A stretch of DNA of 63,826 nucleotides, the filler included, from Reclinomonas americana ATCC 50394 (taxonomy: Eukaryota): NCBI GenBank assembly GCA_048213135.1. It is 20 parts of 20 records of this genome, joined end to end, with 100 filler letters (N's around TTAATTAATTAA, not from the genome) between each part and the next. Parts side by side here need not be neighbours in the genome. Positions count along the whole stretch, not along the records: positions 1 to 6,943 come from AFZH01021440.1; positions 7,044 to 10,917 come from AFZH01021442.1; positions 11,018 to 14,418 come from AFZH01021444.1; 17 more parts are not named here. The stretch is one strand, 5' to 3'. Below the pieces are notes generated by a model. The model did no database searches and was not told where the DNA came from. It worked only from the letters and a program-made list of their open reading frames with translations. This document shows positions 1 through 12,472 of the stretch, piece by piece. A program made the position numbers and the translations under genes. Numbering within the stretch: position 1 is the stretch's first letter; every line of letters starts with the position of its first letter.

Positions 1-61
<61 letters not shown>

Positions 62-69
<8 letters not shown>

Positions 70-1694
70 ACGAATTCGAGCTTTTTACTGCGAGAACTTA
101 CTCGCGATTCAAATTTTCCAACTTGGCCCAACTTGACCCCAACTGCTCTTCTGGAGACATGACTGTTGTGTACAACCGACACGAGCTCGTGGCGAGTCTG
201 CAGTTGCTTGTAAGTCAGTTCCATTTGGTGTCCGTCATGACACTGTGATGAAAGTGGAACACGCATGCACAGGGCAGTGATGCCAGTCCAGTGGCTTCAG
301 AGGAGGAACAATTCCGGCATGTGAGGGACGTGGCGCAAGTAACTCTCTCCTCGATGCTGGACTCGGATGCGCAGTACTCAGTGGCGAATCTCGCTGAGGC
401 ATTTGTTGCACATGTCGCATTTTGCCTCGCCGATCTGGAAATCGACTATGAAGCGCACGAGGACCGTCGTGTCGCGCGTGTGAGTGACAACGTGCTATGC
501 TGTACATGTGCGTGTAGAACAACGGTACCATGAAACATGTATGGTGTCGCAGCGCATACGCGGCGACGGCGCCGGTGAAGTTGACCGATTTCTGCGGTGC
601 AAGTGTGGCAGGTGGAAACAAGTCGCGACCATGCCCGGCCACTGCTGTGACCAGGCTGTACGGTTCTGTCTCTTGATGTACGAAAAGCTCGTTGCGTGGC
701 TCACGTGCTGCTGCTGGGCTCTAGTCTGTGTCTTTCGCTTATGCCTGCGCGTGCGATGTGCAGCACTTTCCGTACTTCAGACCTTGTGTGGCCCAATACA
801 TGAGCACGGAGCCGCCAGAAGGATCTAGCGACTGGGACGCGGAACGACATGTACCTCATGCTCCTATGGCACATTGCGCCGCCGTTGCAGCAGCTGACGA
901 CGGACGGATCCTCATCGCTGATCCAGGGATGAATGCATTCACCATTCTCGAACTCGGGGACTCCGAAGATGTATGCAGCGTTCTGTTTCCTGCTGTGTTC
1001 CGCGTACCCACACTTCTTGCCACAGAGCACGGCGGTCGTAAATCTTCCCGGAGAAGGTACCGGTTATGTCCTTGCGGCGAGCTTCGGCATCAATGCTGGC
1101 AAACGAAGTGCCGTTCGCCTTGCTGAGAAGCGACGCAGTACGGCATGGTACAGGCTGCCGCTCGACGGCAGCGGCACCGCGCACTGCTTGGATACAACTT
1201 CATTGCAAGCTATCGACCGCAACGTGCTAGTATCGAAGTCCTGGTGCCTACTTGCAAATCGGGTGCGCGCGGTGCCGCACTCGAGTTACCATTGGTCCGC
1301 CAGAGCGCTCGAGAACACTGTTCCGGAACTGGAGCCGACCCGCCGTGGCCACGATGATGCGTCTTCCTCCGGGAGCTCGAGCAGCCAGCTATCGGTGGCG
1401 ATCGAACTCTCGGTGGCACTTAAGTTTGACGACGAACGGAAGACAGTCACGTTTTCCATTGGCCCATGTTCTCGTCCTATACGCCCTGGTAGTGATCCTG
1501 CAGCTGAAGCCGAGCGCCTTGCTCTTGAAGCCGAACGCCGTGCTCGTGAAGTCGCGTTCACCCCCGCGACTGACCACGATGCCAAAACGTTTGTGACGAA
1601 CTGCGACGGTCTGCTGGACACGTACGCGAAGCACTCTGCATTTGCCGGTCATCACCAGACAATCCGTAGAGTGATTCGATACGTTGCCATGTAA
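62..1694 (+). CDS. Multi-exon hypothetical protein, 5'-partial
   Basis: Open segments join by GT-AG introns (e.g. CTT|GTAAGT...ACAG|GGC, exon resuming at 273) and end in the ORF with stop at 1694. No family recognised. Confidence 0.4.
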
Positions 1695-1804
1695 TTATAA
1701 ACACACGTTGCATTTAGTGATCACATCGCAACTTGCCAGCAGGCCTTTCACTATTCGTTGATCTTGAGTCCTCAGCAACTCACACCTTTTATTCATTCAA
1801 CAAC

Positions 1805-2990
1805 TCAAAAATACGCTCGGAACAACTCTGCCGACTTGACATTGCTGTTGTACACGAGAGGGGCCAGCTCGGCGCCGAGTGTCGTCAACATGGTGACAAT
1901 GTCTTCAGGATTGCCGTACTGCGACTTGTGCTGCGATGCACGTGATGAGAGGCGGGTGGGATTAGAATACAGTTCTGCGAAAAAATGTCGGCGACGCACC
2001 ATTTGGAAGGCCTTGATCTTGGCCTGGAGCACCGACGAGATGTCCACGTAGTGCGTGGCACCGACAACAAAGTCCCACATATAATACTACCCACAGGGAA
2101 TATCAGTCTGTGTCACCATCAAATGCACGCCTTGCGCGTTCACACACACCTCGGCCTGCACCGGTGGCTTCGGACCGGCGTCGGGGAACAAGCGTGCGAC
2201 ACCAGCATCAAACTGCGCATCGAGCGTGCGCTGCCCTACACACTGGTGGTCCGGGTGGTAGCCGAGATCGCCCCACCCAGCCGACGGTCGCAGCGTGAAC
2301 TCGGGGAACGGATACCACGACATGATGGCGGCCGGCGCCAGCGTGCGAATGATGCGCACCAACTGCTCCCGCAGCACTTCCTCGGGAATGCTCGTCGCCA
2401 TGCCGTCCTCGTAGTCCAGCATGATCACATTGGACGACGGCACGCCCAGCACCGCCGCCGCACTCAGCGCTTCCGCAGAACGCAACACGGCGATCTGCGG
2501 GCTCGTCATGTTGGCGCAAATGGAGCTCTTGTGGTGTGAAGGAAAGTGGGGTGTGCGAGTCAGAGAGATTGCGCGAGGGAAAGGCAAGGAAAGTGATGCG
2601 GGGACAGACCGAGCAGCCCTTGTCGCCGTTCGTGACAATGACAAAGTACACCTCGGTGCCCTGCTGCGTGAGGAGCTTGACGAGGCCACCGGCACTCGCC
2701 TCAATGTCGTCGGGGTGCGCCGAGATCATCAGCACGCGCTTGCCACCGGCCCATCGAGAAATGTTTAGCGGTTGTGGGGCGTCGCCACCGATGGGTGATG
2801 ACGAGGAGGAGGAGGAGGAGGAGGAGGAGGAGGAAGGAGTGTTGAGCTGGAGGCCGCAGGCGGTGATTGCCGCGAGGGTGAGGCAGAGGGTGGCGATGAG
2901 GAGGCGATGGTGCTGCGAGAGGGGAGAGGGGGGAAGGGGTGAAAGGGGGAAGGGAGAGTGAGGAGAAGTGTGTGACTGGCGCCGGTCCAT
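1805..2990 (-). CDS. PIG-L/LmbE-family (MshB/BshB-like) N-deacetylase, probably secreted
   Basis: Motifs VLMISAHPDDIE, VTNGDKG, LDYEDG, YHPDH and HKSQY. Three GT-AG introns restore the frame. A hydrophobic N-terminal stretch precedes a poly-Ser linker. Start codon uncertain. Confidence 0.85.
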
Positions 2991-3009
2991 ACTTGAGTGC
3001 CCGCAGGTC

Positions 3010-3960
3010 AGCACAGGTGTGCGGGAGGGTGCAAAAGATTGCGGAAGAGTACAGGAATGAGGATAAGTGTGCGGAAAGTGTGCAATTGTGAGTGCGTATC
3101 AACATCTGAGAACAAGCACATCGCGTGCAGTGTGTAGAATTGTGCAGAAGTGTGCACGAGAGTGCACGAGAGTGCAGAAAGTTTTGTTGGAGAAAAATGA
3201 GTGTATCTGAAGTAAAGTGTGCGGAAAGTGTGTGATTGTGAGTGCGTATGCATGTCAGGGCACAGAAAGGTGTGTGGAAGAGTGCAGAAATGTGCAGAGG
3301 AGTGCACGAGAGAGCAGAAGGTTGCGTTCGAGAAATGAGTGTATCTAAAGAAAAGTGTGTGGAAAGTGTGCGATTGTGAGTGCGTATACATGTCAGGATA
3401 CAAGCAAGTCACGTACTGTGTGCAGAAGAGTGTAGAAGTGTGCAGAAGATTGCAGAAGTGTGCAGAAGTGTGCGCGAGAGAGCAGAAGGTTGCGTTCGAG
3501 AAATGAGTGTGTCAAGGGAAAAGTGTGCGGAAAGTGTGTGATTGTGAGTGCACATCCATGCCAATATACAAACAGGTCACCTGCAGTGTGCAAAAGGGTG
3601 CAGAAGTGTGCAGAAGTGTGCAGAAGTGTGCAGGAGTATGCAGAAGGTTGCGTTCGAGAAATGAGTGTGTCAGTGTGCGGAAAGTGTGCGATTGTGAGCG
3701 CGTAAGAACGCCTCGGCACAAGCAGGCCACTTACAATGTGCAGAAGAGTGCAGAAGTGTGCAACAAAGCGCACAAGTCAAGCGCGGGACAAGCCAAATCG
3801 CACTCACTCCCTCTCTCACTCCCTCTCACTCACTCACTCACTCACTCTCTCACACACACACTCACACACACCAAGTCACTTACAGTGTACAGAAGAGTGC
3901 AGAAGTGTGCAGAAGTGTGCAACAAAGCGAAGCGCGGGACAAGCCAAATCGCACTCACTC
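3010..3960. repeat. Degenerate minisatellite array (GTGCAGAAGT units within ~170-bp higher-order repeats)
   Basis: Recurrent GTGCAGAAGT, GAAGGTTGCGTTCGAGAAATGAGTGT (near 3317, 3485, 3643) and GGAAAGTGTG(C/T)GATTGTGAG blocks. Confidence 0.8.
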
Positions 3961-4131
3961 ACTCACTCACTCACTCTCACACTCACTCACTCACTCACTC
4001 TCTCTCTCTCTCTCGCGCACCACACACACACTGCACTCACCATTCTCACTATATAAGTCGGAGAAATAATCCACTTGATCGACTCTTTACAGTATTTACT
4101 TGCTTGTTTTCTGAGAGAGAGAGAGAGAGAA

Positions 4132-4475
4132 ATGACGACCGAGTTTCAACTGGTACCACTGGAGGAGCCGGAGGTGATTGAGTGCAAGGAGGCCTTTGCA
4201 CTCTTTGATCGGTGAGAGTGTGTGTGTGAGAGAGTATGAGTGAGTGAGCGCGCGGAGAAAACAAAGAGTGGCAGTGATGTGTCTCAACCACGAACCGCCA
4301 TGTCGCACACTCACACTGACACACGCGCACGCACAGAGAGAGTGAGAGAGTAAGAGAGAGATGACGAGGAAGAGAGAGTGAGATGAGAGAAGAGTGTGAG
4401 AAGGAGAGGGAGTGTGAGAAGGGGAGGGAGTAATTGTGTGCAGACTCTTCTTCTCTCACTCACTCTCTCACACAC

Positions 4476-4517
<42 letters not shown>

Positions 4518-4589
4518 CGCAGCCTTTGGGCGTCCATAGGCGTCGCCTTTATCATGTTTCCCCCTTCACTCTCCCACTTCTCTCTCTCG

Positions 4590-4622
<33 letters not shown>

Positions 4623-6641
4623 TGCACTCTTTCACACACACATCACGAGAACAGAAGTGGTGAACACAATGCACTCTCTTCCTTTTTCCTTCTCACACTC
4701 TCACTTCTTCTTCTTCTGGTTCTTGCTCATACTCTTCTCCTTCTGCTTCCCATCCTCCTTCATCTCCTTCTTCTTCTCCTCTCCTCCTCCTCCTCCTCCT
4801 TCTTCTTCTGGTTCTTGCTCATTCTCTTCTCCTTCTGCTTCCCATACTCCTTCATCTCCTTCATCTCCTTCTCCTTCTCCTTTATCTTCTTCTTTTTCTT
4901 CCTCCTCCTCTTCCTCTTCCTCTTCCTCCTCCTCCTCCTCTCTCCCCTCCTCCCTCCACTTCCTCTTCTTATCTTCTTTTGTTTTCTGCAGTGACGCGGA
5001 CGGTTTCATTTCCATTGACGATTTGGCGATTGTGATGCGATCGTTGGGAACGGCGCCGACGACGGATGAGCTCAAGAAGTTCTGCACGGTGAGTGGTTGG
5101 TTGCAGGTTGAGCGCGTGCTTTGCTCGTTTGTTATCTCTGTGTGTGTTTGTTCGCGAGTGAGGAACCGTCAACCGGTCCTTGCTTTGTCTTTTGTACCGT
5201 TCCTGATGGATTGGCTTTCCCGTCCTCATGCTCTGTGTTTCGGCATGCCTATCTTTTCCGTCTCTCTCTTGTTCGTTCTTACTCTTCTGCCGTCCATCCG
5301 CTTCCTCTCGTTCCGCGTTGATGTACTGCGCCATCCTCATGCCTGCGTTTCGGCATACCACTCTTTCTCTTGCTCGCTTACTCGCCCGCACCCGCTACAT
5401 TTCTCGACTCCCTCTCGTTTTCCGAAACTGTACCATCCTCATGCATGTGTTTCGGCGTTCCACTCTTTCTTTTGCTCACTTGCTCGCTCGCGCTCCCTGC
5501 ATTCCTCGATTCCCTCTCGTTTGTCGTGTGCTTGTCATGATTACGCTATCCTCATGCTTTGTATGTCGGCATGCCTTTCATTTCCTTCGCCCTCTCTTGC
5601 TCGTTTTTACTCTTCTGCCTTCCTCCCATCCTCTCGTTTCCCGTAACTGCGCCATCCTCATGCGTTGTGTTTCAGCATGCCACTCTTTCTCTTCGTCACT
5701 CTCGTGCTCACACGCACTCCTGTTCTTCCTGCCTTCCCCCACATCCTCTCGTTTCCCGTAACTGCGTGTCTCTCTTTCTCTTCGTCATTCTCTTGCTCAC
5801 GTGCCCTCATTCTCTTCCTACATTCCTCCACTCCTCTCGTTTGTCGCGTTCGTGTCACTCCTGCGATGCTGTTTCTCGCTTCCTGTGAACTTCTTCTCCG
5901 TTTCCTCATTGGCGCTGTGGCTGCGCCGTCCCCGTGTTTCCCTTCTTGTTCTCCTTCGTGCCTGCACGCTTTCGCTGCCTCTCGTTTTCACGTTGATGCT
6001 GCGGCTGCGCCGACACACGCTTCTTTTTCGCGTCTTTGTGCACTTCCTTGTGCATTGCTCCTGCTGTGGTTCTCTGCCGCGATCATCTTTGGTACGCGAG
6101 TCAGTTCCCGCGTTTCATCCGTGGCTTTGCGATTGCTTGTATCTTGCTTGCCCTCCCATCCTTCCCTCCTTCCCTCCCTTCCCCCCTCTCCCCATCACTC
6201 ATCTCACTTTCCCTCCCACAGGAAAACCAAACGATTCGCGATCGCGGCCTCGTCTCCTTTGACGAGTTCCTGCTGCTGATGCGGTGAGCTCTCCTCCCCC
6301 CACCACCCCCTTCCCTTCCCTTCCCCACCTCACCCACTGCCACCCACCAGGTACAAGCTCAGCGAGGTGGAGAGCGACGACTACATTGTCGAGGCCTTCC
6401 GGCATCTGGACTCGGAGAACAGTGGCTACTGCTCCTCGGCCGAGATTCGTCACATTTTCAAGAACATTGGCGACAAGATGACCGACGCCGAGGTGCATTC
6501 CCCCACACACGATTACCTCCACACACTTACGCACTCTTCTCACCCCGCGCACACGCACAGATCGACGACATGTTCCAGGAGGCCGGCGTCGAGGGCAGCC
6601 TCGTCAGCTTTGAGGAGTTCATGCGCATGATGAGCCGATAA
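4132..6641 (+). CDS. Calmodulin-like EF-hand protein, 5 exons
   Basis: Spliced product MTTEFQ...KEAFALFDR|DADGFISIDDL...SLG...VSFDEFLLLMR|YK...EAFRHLDSENSGY...IGDKMTDAE|IDDMFQEA...SFEEFMRMMSR*. All four introns are GT-AG. The EF loops are partly degenerate. Confidence 0.9.
5225..5830. repeat. Intronic degenerate tandem repeat (~105 bp unit)
   Basis: Repeated CCATCCTCATGC...TTTCGGC...CACTCTTTCT...CCTCTCGTTT blocks inside intron 2 of the calmodulin-like gene. Confidence 0.65.
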
Positions 6642-6845
6642 GCAGCCGCCTCTCCCCTGCAACAACACACACACACACACTTTTTGTTCCCCCGTGATGA
6701 TCGTCTACCTCTGCTCCCCACACGCGCGACAAGTGCGGAGAGAGTGAGAGAGGAGACACGAAATGTACACATACTCCTGTCAGATCCAATCAATAGACGG
6801 CAAAACATGACCGGTTTTTGCTTGTTTGTGTTGCGCGCGCGTGTC

Positions 6846-7937
6846 ATGAGCTTCATTCACTCGTACGAGGGCCAGTTTGGCGGTGCCTCTGGTGAGTGTA
6901 ATGAGTAACACACACACTCTCACTCTCTCTCTCACTGACCTGCNNNNNNNNNNNNNNNNNNNNNNNNNNNNNNNNNNNNNNNNNNNNTTAATTAATTAAN
7001 NNNNNNNNNNNNNNNNNNNNNNNNNNNNNNNNNNNNNNNNNNNCTTCCCTCCCTTCCCTTCCCCACCCTTCTCCGTGACATCTCAGGGGCGACTCGTGGT
7101 TCTCGCAATGCGGCGACGCCAACGTACAAGACCTCTCGGTGCCTCGCGTTCTCTTTGAGGACGAGAAAGTACTCCTTGTTCGCTCTGGTACGTCCATACT
7201 CATTGCGATCCCCACCTGTGTCCTCCGCCGCTCACCTCGCAATGTGCAGGCGACTTCCACTCCACCGTGCTGACGCAGGACGCCAGCGGTGCGCGACACG
7301 TCTATGGCTGGGGCCGCAACGGTTCGAGCAAGCGAGTCGGCGTCGATGCCACCGACGCCGTACTCACTGTGCCGCACCGCATCCGCGCGCTGCATCCCGA
7401 CGACGTCGAAGACTTTGCGTGTGGCGATTTCATCAGCGCAGCCGTCGTCAGTGCGTCAACACTATCGTGAGTTCTCGCGATGACTCGACGCTAATCGTGT
7501 GTGTGTTCACAAGGGGGTCGAGTGGTGGTGTGGGGCGATCAACTAAAGTACGGCCCGACGACTCCCGTCGACATTGGCGGCATTCCACGCAGTGTGCAAA
7601 TCACCCATGTTGCGTGCGGTGGCGGGCACATGCTGGCGCTGTCCACCGAGGGTGAAGTGTACTCGGCCGGCAAGGGCATGTACGGTGAGTACGCTTCACA
7701 TCCCTCGTGCTAGCGGATGGACATGAATCTCACGAGCTGCGCATTGGTGCAGGGCGCCTCGGCAACGGTGGAACGCACGATCAGGAGGAATTCGAGCCGA
7801 TTGTGGACCTACGGCCCTACCGCGTCACGCAAGTCGCCTGCGGTCTGTGGAACTCGGCATGTGTCACCGAGGACGGCGTTGTGTTTGTGTGGGGCAAGCA
7901 GTCGTCGCCGAGTGCCGCCACACCTGGGCGCAAGTAA
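6846..7937 (+). CDS. RCC1-repeat protein (contains a gap)
   Basis: RCC1 motifs HVYGWGRN, VACGGGHMLALSTEGEVYSAG and GRLG...VACGLWNSACVTEDGVVFVWG, joined by GT-AG introns. Confidence 0.85.
6944..7043. other. Assembly gap spacer N44-TTAATTAATTAA-N44 (first of 19)
   Basis: Identical 100-bp spacer carrying stops in all six frames. Others start near 10918, 14419, 17107, 20673, 23139, 29963, 34011, 36317, 37872, 39520, 41147, 42917, 45379, 46609, 49894, 54183, 60419 and 62445. Confidence 0.97.
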
Positions 7938-8072
7938 TTTTTTTGCGTTGATTTTTGTCGAGTAATCGAATGACAACAACCACATGCCACATACACTGTT
8001 TTGACGGCCGAAAAGAAGGGAGACAAGGAAAACATCACACAGATAAATCAACACAACAAGAGAAACGGCGGC

Positions 8073-10746
8073 TTACTTGGAGGTGCCGACGGCAGACGAC
8101 GCAAACACATTGGCGCTCTGCGCGATGGTGAACGCAGCGCTGTTCGACACGGCCGGTGACATGGAAACCACACGAGCGGGTGGGGCGGCGGGAGGCGGGG
8201 ACATGGGTACAGCCGGCGGTGTCATTGGCATGTCGGAGGAGGCAGACATGGCCGGGTCGCGTAATGGAGAGCGCACGGCGTCTTCGTCGAGACGCACTTG
8301 CTCGCGCACGAATTCCTCCAGGGGAGGGAGGCGGATGGGTGGCTGCGGAGGGGGGAAAGGGGGAGGGAGGGGGGAGATGACAAGGGAGAGAGAAAGTTGG
8401 ATCAATAAGAGGAAGGCGAAGTGGCAGGAAAATGCAGGAGAGTCAAAGGAAGATGAAGCGGCGGACAGATGATGAAAGACGGAGAGCAAAGAGGAATGAG
8501 CGAGGAGGAAGAATGCAAGAAAAGTGAACGGAGGATACAACCAGAGAAGAGAGAAGGAGAGCACTCAGCAATCAGAAACACGGAGGATACGAGAGACGAA
8601 GACGGAGAAGAAACAGAAGCTGCAAGATGGTGAGAAGGGCGAATGGGAACCAAGGAGGATACGAGAGACAAAGCAGAAACCTGACGAGGAATCAGAGAGT
8701 GGCAAGATGGCGAGTAGGGCGGATTAAAGAGCGAACGAGAAACGATGAGGGATGCAAGAAAATGCGAGGGAGAGAGAATGCAGGAAGAAGAAAGTCGGTG
8801 AACGAAGACGAAGGGAGAGTGTAAGCAATGAAGGAGGGAAAGGAGGATGATTGCAAGTGTGAGGCAGACGAAAAACGAGGGGAGCAAAGAGGAACGGGAA
8901 ATGAGAGATGCAAAAGTGAGAGAAACAGGATGGATAGAAGAAAACGGAGAGAGTTGAGCAATGAAAATATCGTGGGAGAAACAGGTGAGAGGATGAGATA
9001 GTGAAGTAAGATGAGGATGTTGAGCATACAGAGTAAGAAGTGTACAGAAACTCCGCCAACCTCAGTCTCCCTCTCTATCTCTTACTCTCTGCCGTGCTTG
9101 CCCCGTCCCTCCCCTCACGCGCACTTCTACGCCGCACAACTCGCTCTGTCCTGTAACAAGTCACTCTCGTTCATGGTTTCTCTCCCTTTCGCACGTTCGC
9201 TGATGCAACTCCCACTACAACTCTACGACTACCTCCCTATCTCTTCTGCAGACAACAAAATGCACGCCAATGAAACCTGCAAGCTCCTGTGGCCAGTCTT
9301 TCAGAGAGCACAATAACATAATCTACAAGAAGCTGCGCTTCTTCACGCACTCCTCCCTTCACCCATTCCCTCGAACTCATTCACCTTAAATCCCTGCCCG
9401 CTTCCCATTGCTCTTCCTCCCTCCCCCTTCCCTCTTCCCTCTTGCCCCCCCTTCTTTTTCCCCCTTCGCCCCTTCCCTCTTCCCCTTCGCCTTCCTCCCT
9501 TCCCCCTTTTCCTCTTCCCCTCTCTCCCTTCCCTCTTCCCCTTTCCCCCTTTTCCTCTTCCCTCTTGCCCCCCTTCCCCTTTTCCCCCTTCGCCCCTTCG
9601 CCCCTTCCCCCTTCATCCCCTCTCCCTTCCCCTTGATCCCCCACCACACCTCCATGCCAACAACATTGCCGAGTCCAAATCGCAAAAACTGCAGCGCAAT
9701 TACCCAGCGATCGCGCACCGCCTTGTCCTCGCACCGCACGTCCAGCGTACGATCATTTGTTACCACACTGAAGCACAGGTCGTTGTCTGGCGAGCGCATG
9801 TCAAACTACGGCGGTCAACGCACACCAATCCGACCGCCACCATACTCAACTCCTCGGGTTGCCGACCAGCGCATCGACACTCTTGAGCGCTTGCGTCTGA
9901 ATGCCCGGCAAAATCGCGCAGATCTGAGCAAGCTTAATATCGCTGCGCAGCTTGTTTGGCTCACTGCCCCACTGTGCGAGAGAGGGCGGAGGGAACAAGT
10001 GAGATTGCAGCTTCCTTCTCGTACCTCTTCTGCCGCCCACCATCACTGCCATCTTTGCCCCTTCTCACCTTGCTGCTTCTCTCACTGCCTCTCCTCTCCA
10101 TCATTATCCCTTCTCTTATTCTGCCCTCTATACGCACCTGCAGCGCCGTGCGCTCCTTGGAGATGGCAAAGAAGCGGGAATGCGGTGAGCCGCCATGGAA
10201 AATGTACTTCATCATGCGCGATCCCTGCTGCGCAAACAACACCGACTCCTCGCTGCGCTTCCGCACACGATCCTCACGCTCCGCCTCCAGTCGACGCTGC
10301 ACTATAGTGAGGTCGAATTTCACTCCTCACCCTCTCTCCACAAGCACGCAACTCGCATCGCCTCCCGACTCTCCTCGGCCTTGCGCCGCCGCCGCTCCTC
10401 CGCCTCCCGTCGCATCCTCTCCAGCTCCTCTAACCTCCGCCGATCCGCCTCCTCTCGCTTCCTTCTCTCCTCCTCCTCCTCACGCCGCCTCTGCGCCTCG
10501 TCCTCCACACGTCGCCGCTCCTCCTCCTCCTCGCGCACACGCTTGCTCTCGCGCGTCTGGCCGACCAGCTTGAGCACATTGCCGAGCTCCTGCATCCACT
10601 GCGCCTTCTCGCTTACTGCATCGGCCTCCAGTGACATGGCGTGCCCGTCAATGAACACAAACTCGAAGCCGCAGGAGGAGTGGTCGTCGGCTCCGCGGAC
10701 GCTGCCCACGTCGAGGAGGTTGATTTGTTCAATGTAGGAGGCATCC
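8073..10746 (-). CDS. Protein with two PH-like domains, an E/R-rich coiled coil and a Pro-rich tail; 5'-partial
   Basis: PH C-terminal helices LEADAVSEKAQWMQEL and TLDVRCEDKAVRDRWVIAL; PLC-type PH start GSRMMKY...HSRFF; REEEEERRR tract; exons join in frame. Confidence 0.75.
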
Positions 10747-11042
10747 TATGGGGAGGGGAAGGGAGGGGGAAGGGAAGGGGAAGGGAGTGAGTGGGGGAGT
10801 GAGTAGGGGAGTGACTGAGTGAGGGAGTGAGGGTGAGGGAGTGAGAGTGGGGGAGTGAGTGGGGGAGTGAGTGGGGGAGTGAGTGGGGGAGTGAGTGGGG
10901 GAGTGAGTGGGGGAGTGNNNNNNNNNNNNNNNNNNNNNNNNNNNNNNNNNNNNNNNNNNNNTTAATTAATTAANNNNNNNNNNNNNNNNNNNNNNNNNNN
11001 NNNNNNNNNNNNNNNNNACACACACACACCTTTTCGTCATTC

Positions 11043-12146
11043 ATGTCCACTGCTTCTCGCCCTATCTTCCACCTCCAGCGTGTGCTGAAGGGACACACTC
11101 GTACGGTGATCTCTGTCGCCGTCACTCCCGATGGCCAGCGCGTTGTGAGTGGGAGTATCGATAATACTGTGCGCGTGTGGTCACTGGCGAGTGGCGAGGA
11201 GGTGCACCGAATGGAGGGGCACACTTGTACGGCGAACTCAGTCACCGTCACACCCTCCGATGGGCAGTTCGCTGTCAGCGGGAGTGTCGACAAAACAGTG
11301 AGAAAGTGGTCACTGGCGAGTGGGGAGGAAGTGCTGCGATTGGAGGGGCACACAGATGCGGTAAACTCAATCGTCGTCACTCCTGATGGTCAGCATGTGG
11401 TGAGCGGCAGTGACGACAAGACTTTGCGCTTGTGTTCCGTGGCTGGCAACAAAAGAGCGCGTCGGTTGAAGGGACATACTAGCTGCGTGCTGTGTGTCGC
11501 CGTCACTCCCGACGGGCAGCATGTTGTCAGCGGGAGTCAGGACGAGACACTACATGTGTGGTCACTGGCAACTGCACAAGAAGTACGACGGTTGGTGGGG
11601 CATACCGATTGTGTGCGCTCTGTGGCCGTCACTCCGGATGGTCAGCACATCGTTAGTGGGAGTTACGACAAGACCGTGCGTGTGTGGTCGCTGGTAAGCG
11701 GTAAAGAAGTGCGACGGCTCTAGGGACACGACCATGCGGTGAACTCAGTCGCGATCACTCCCGATGGTCAGTATATAGTCAGTGGGAGTGTGGATATGAC
11801 GGTGCGACTGTGGTCGCTGGCGAGTGGTGAAGAGGTGCAACGCTTGGAGGGACACACTGACTGGGTGCGGTCTGTCGCCGTCACTTCCGATGGTCAGCGC
11901 ATCGTCAGTGGCAGTTGGGACAGAACGATCCGAGTGTGGTCCACTCCATGCGGCCTCGCTCGGCAAGAGCTCTCCACAGCGCGCTCGGCAATGCTGGCAG
12001 TGCGTGAGATAATGCAGCCGCAGCAGCAGGAAGAGGAAGAACCGGACTCGCGATGCCTGCCTGAGATGGTGTTGCGCTGCTTCATTGTCGAGGAGGCGGC
12101 CGTCGTCATGCACCGATCCTTCGCCGACCCCGAGATGTATCTGTGA
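11043..12146 (+). pseudogene. Intronless WD40 gene, copy A, with in-frame TAG at 11721-11723
   Basis: About 7 GH...VTPDG...SGS.D.TVRVW repeats. TAG replaces the GAG (Glu) of the RLEGH motif, and the frame continues to the shared tail. Confidence 0.8.
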
Positions 12147-12472
12147 GGCACATGGTGCGGGAGGCTTGAGACGTTAACTTCTGAGAAGTATCCTCTTCCC
12201 TCCCTCTCTCCTATACTGTCTCCGGTTGCTAGAGTTGAATCGCAGAAAGTGTATTCTTCGTTGTTGCTTATACGAGTGAAGTTTTTCATGCAACATTTGG
12301 GATTAAGCTCTCCGTTCTCCCCTCACCATCACTGCCTCTTGTTCAACCACTCACTGCACACACAGACTGACAAGGGCGTGCTCCGGAAACGTCGGAAGAC
12401 GACGTCGCACGCAAATTTGTGTCATCCATTTTTTCTGCCTTCTACGCACACGCACACACTCTCTCTCAAGCC

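Noticed and set aside
6988..6999. TTAATTAATTAA palindrome recurring 19 times
   Set aside because: Always centred in identical N runs. It is an artificial six-frame-stop scaffold spacer, not a biological repeat or a piggyBac TTAA site.
10785..10917. GAGTGGGGGA tandem repeat as a telomere
   Set aside because: It is internal, lies within an intron of the PH-domain gene and does not match a known telomeric unit.
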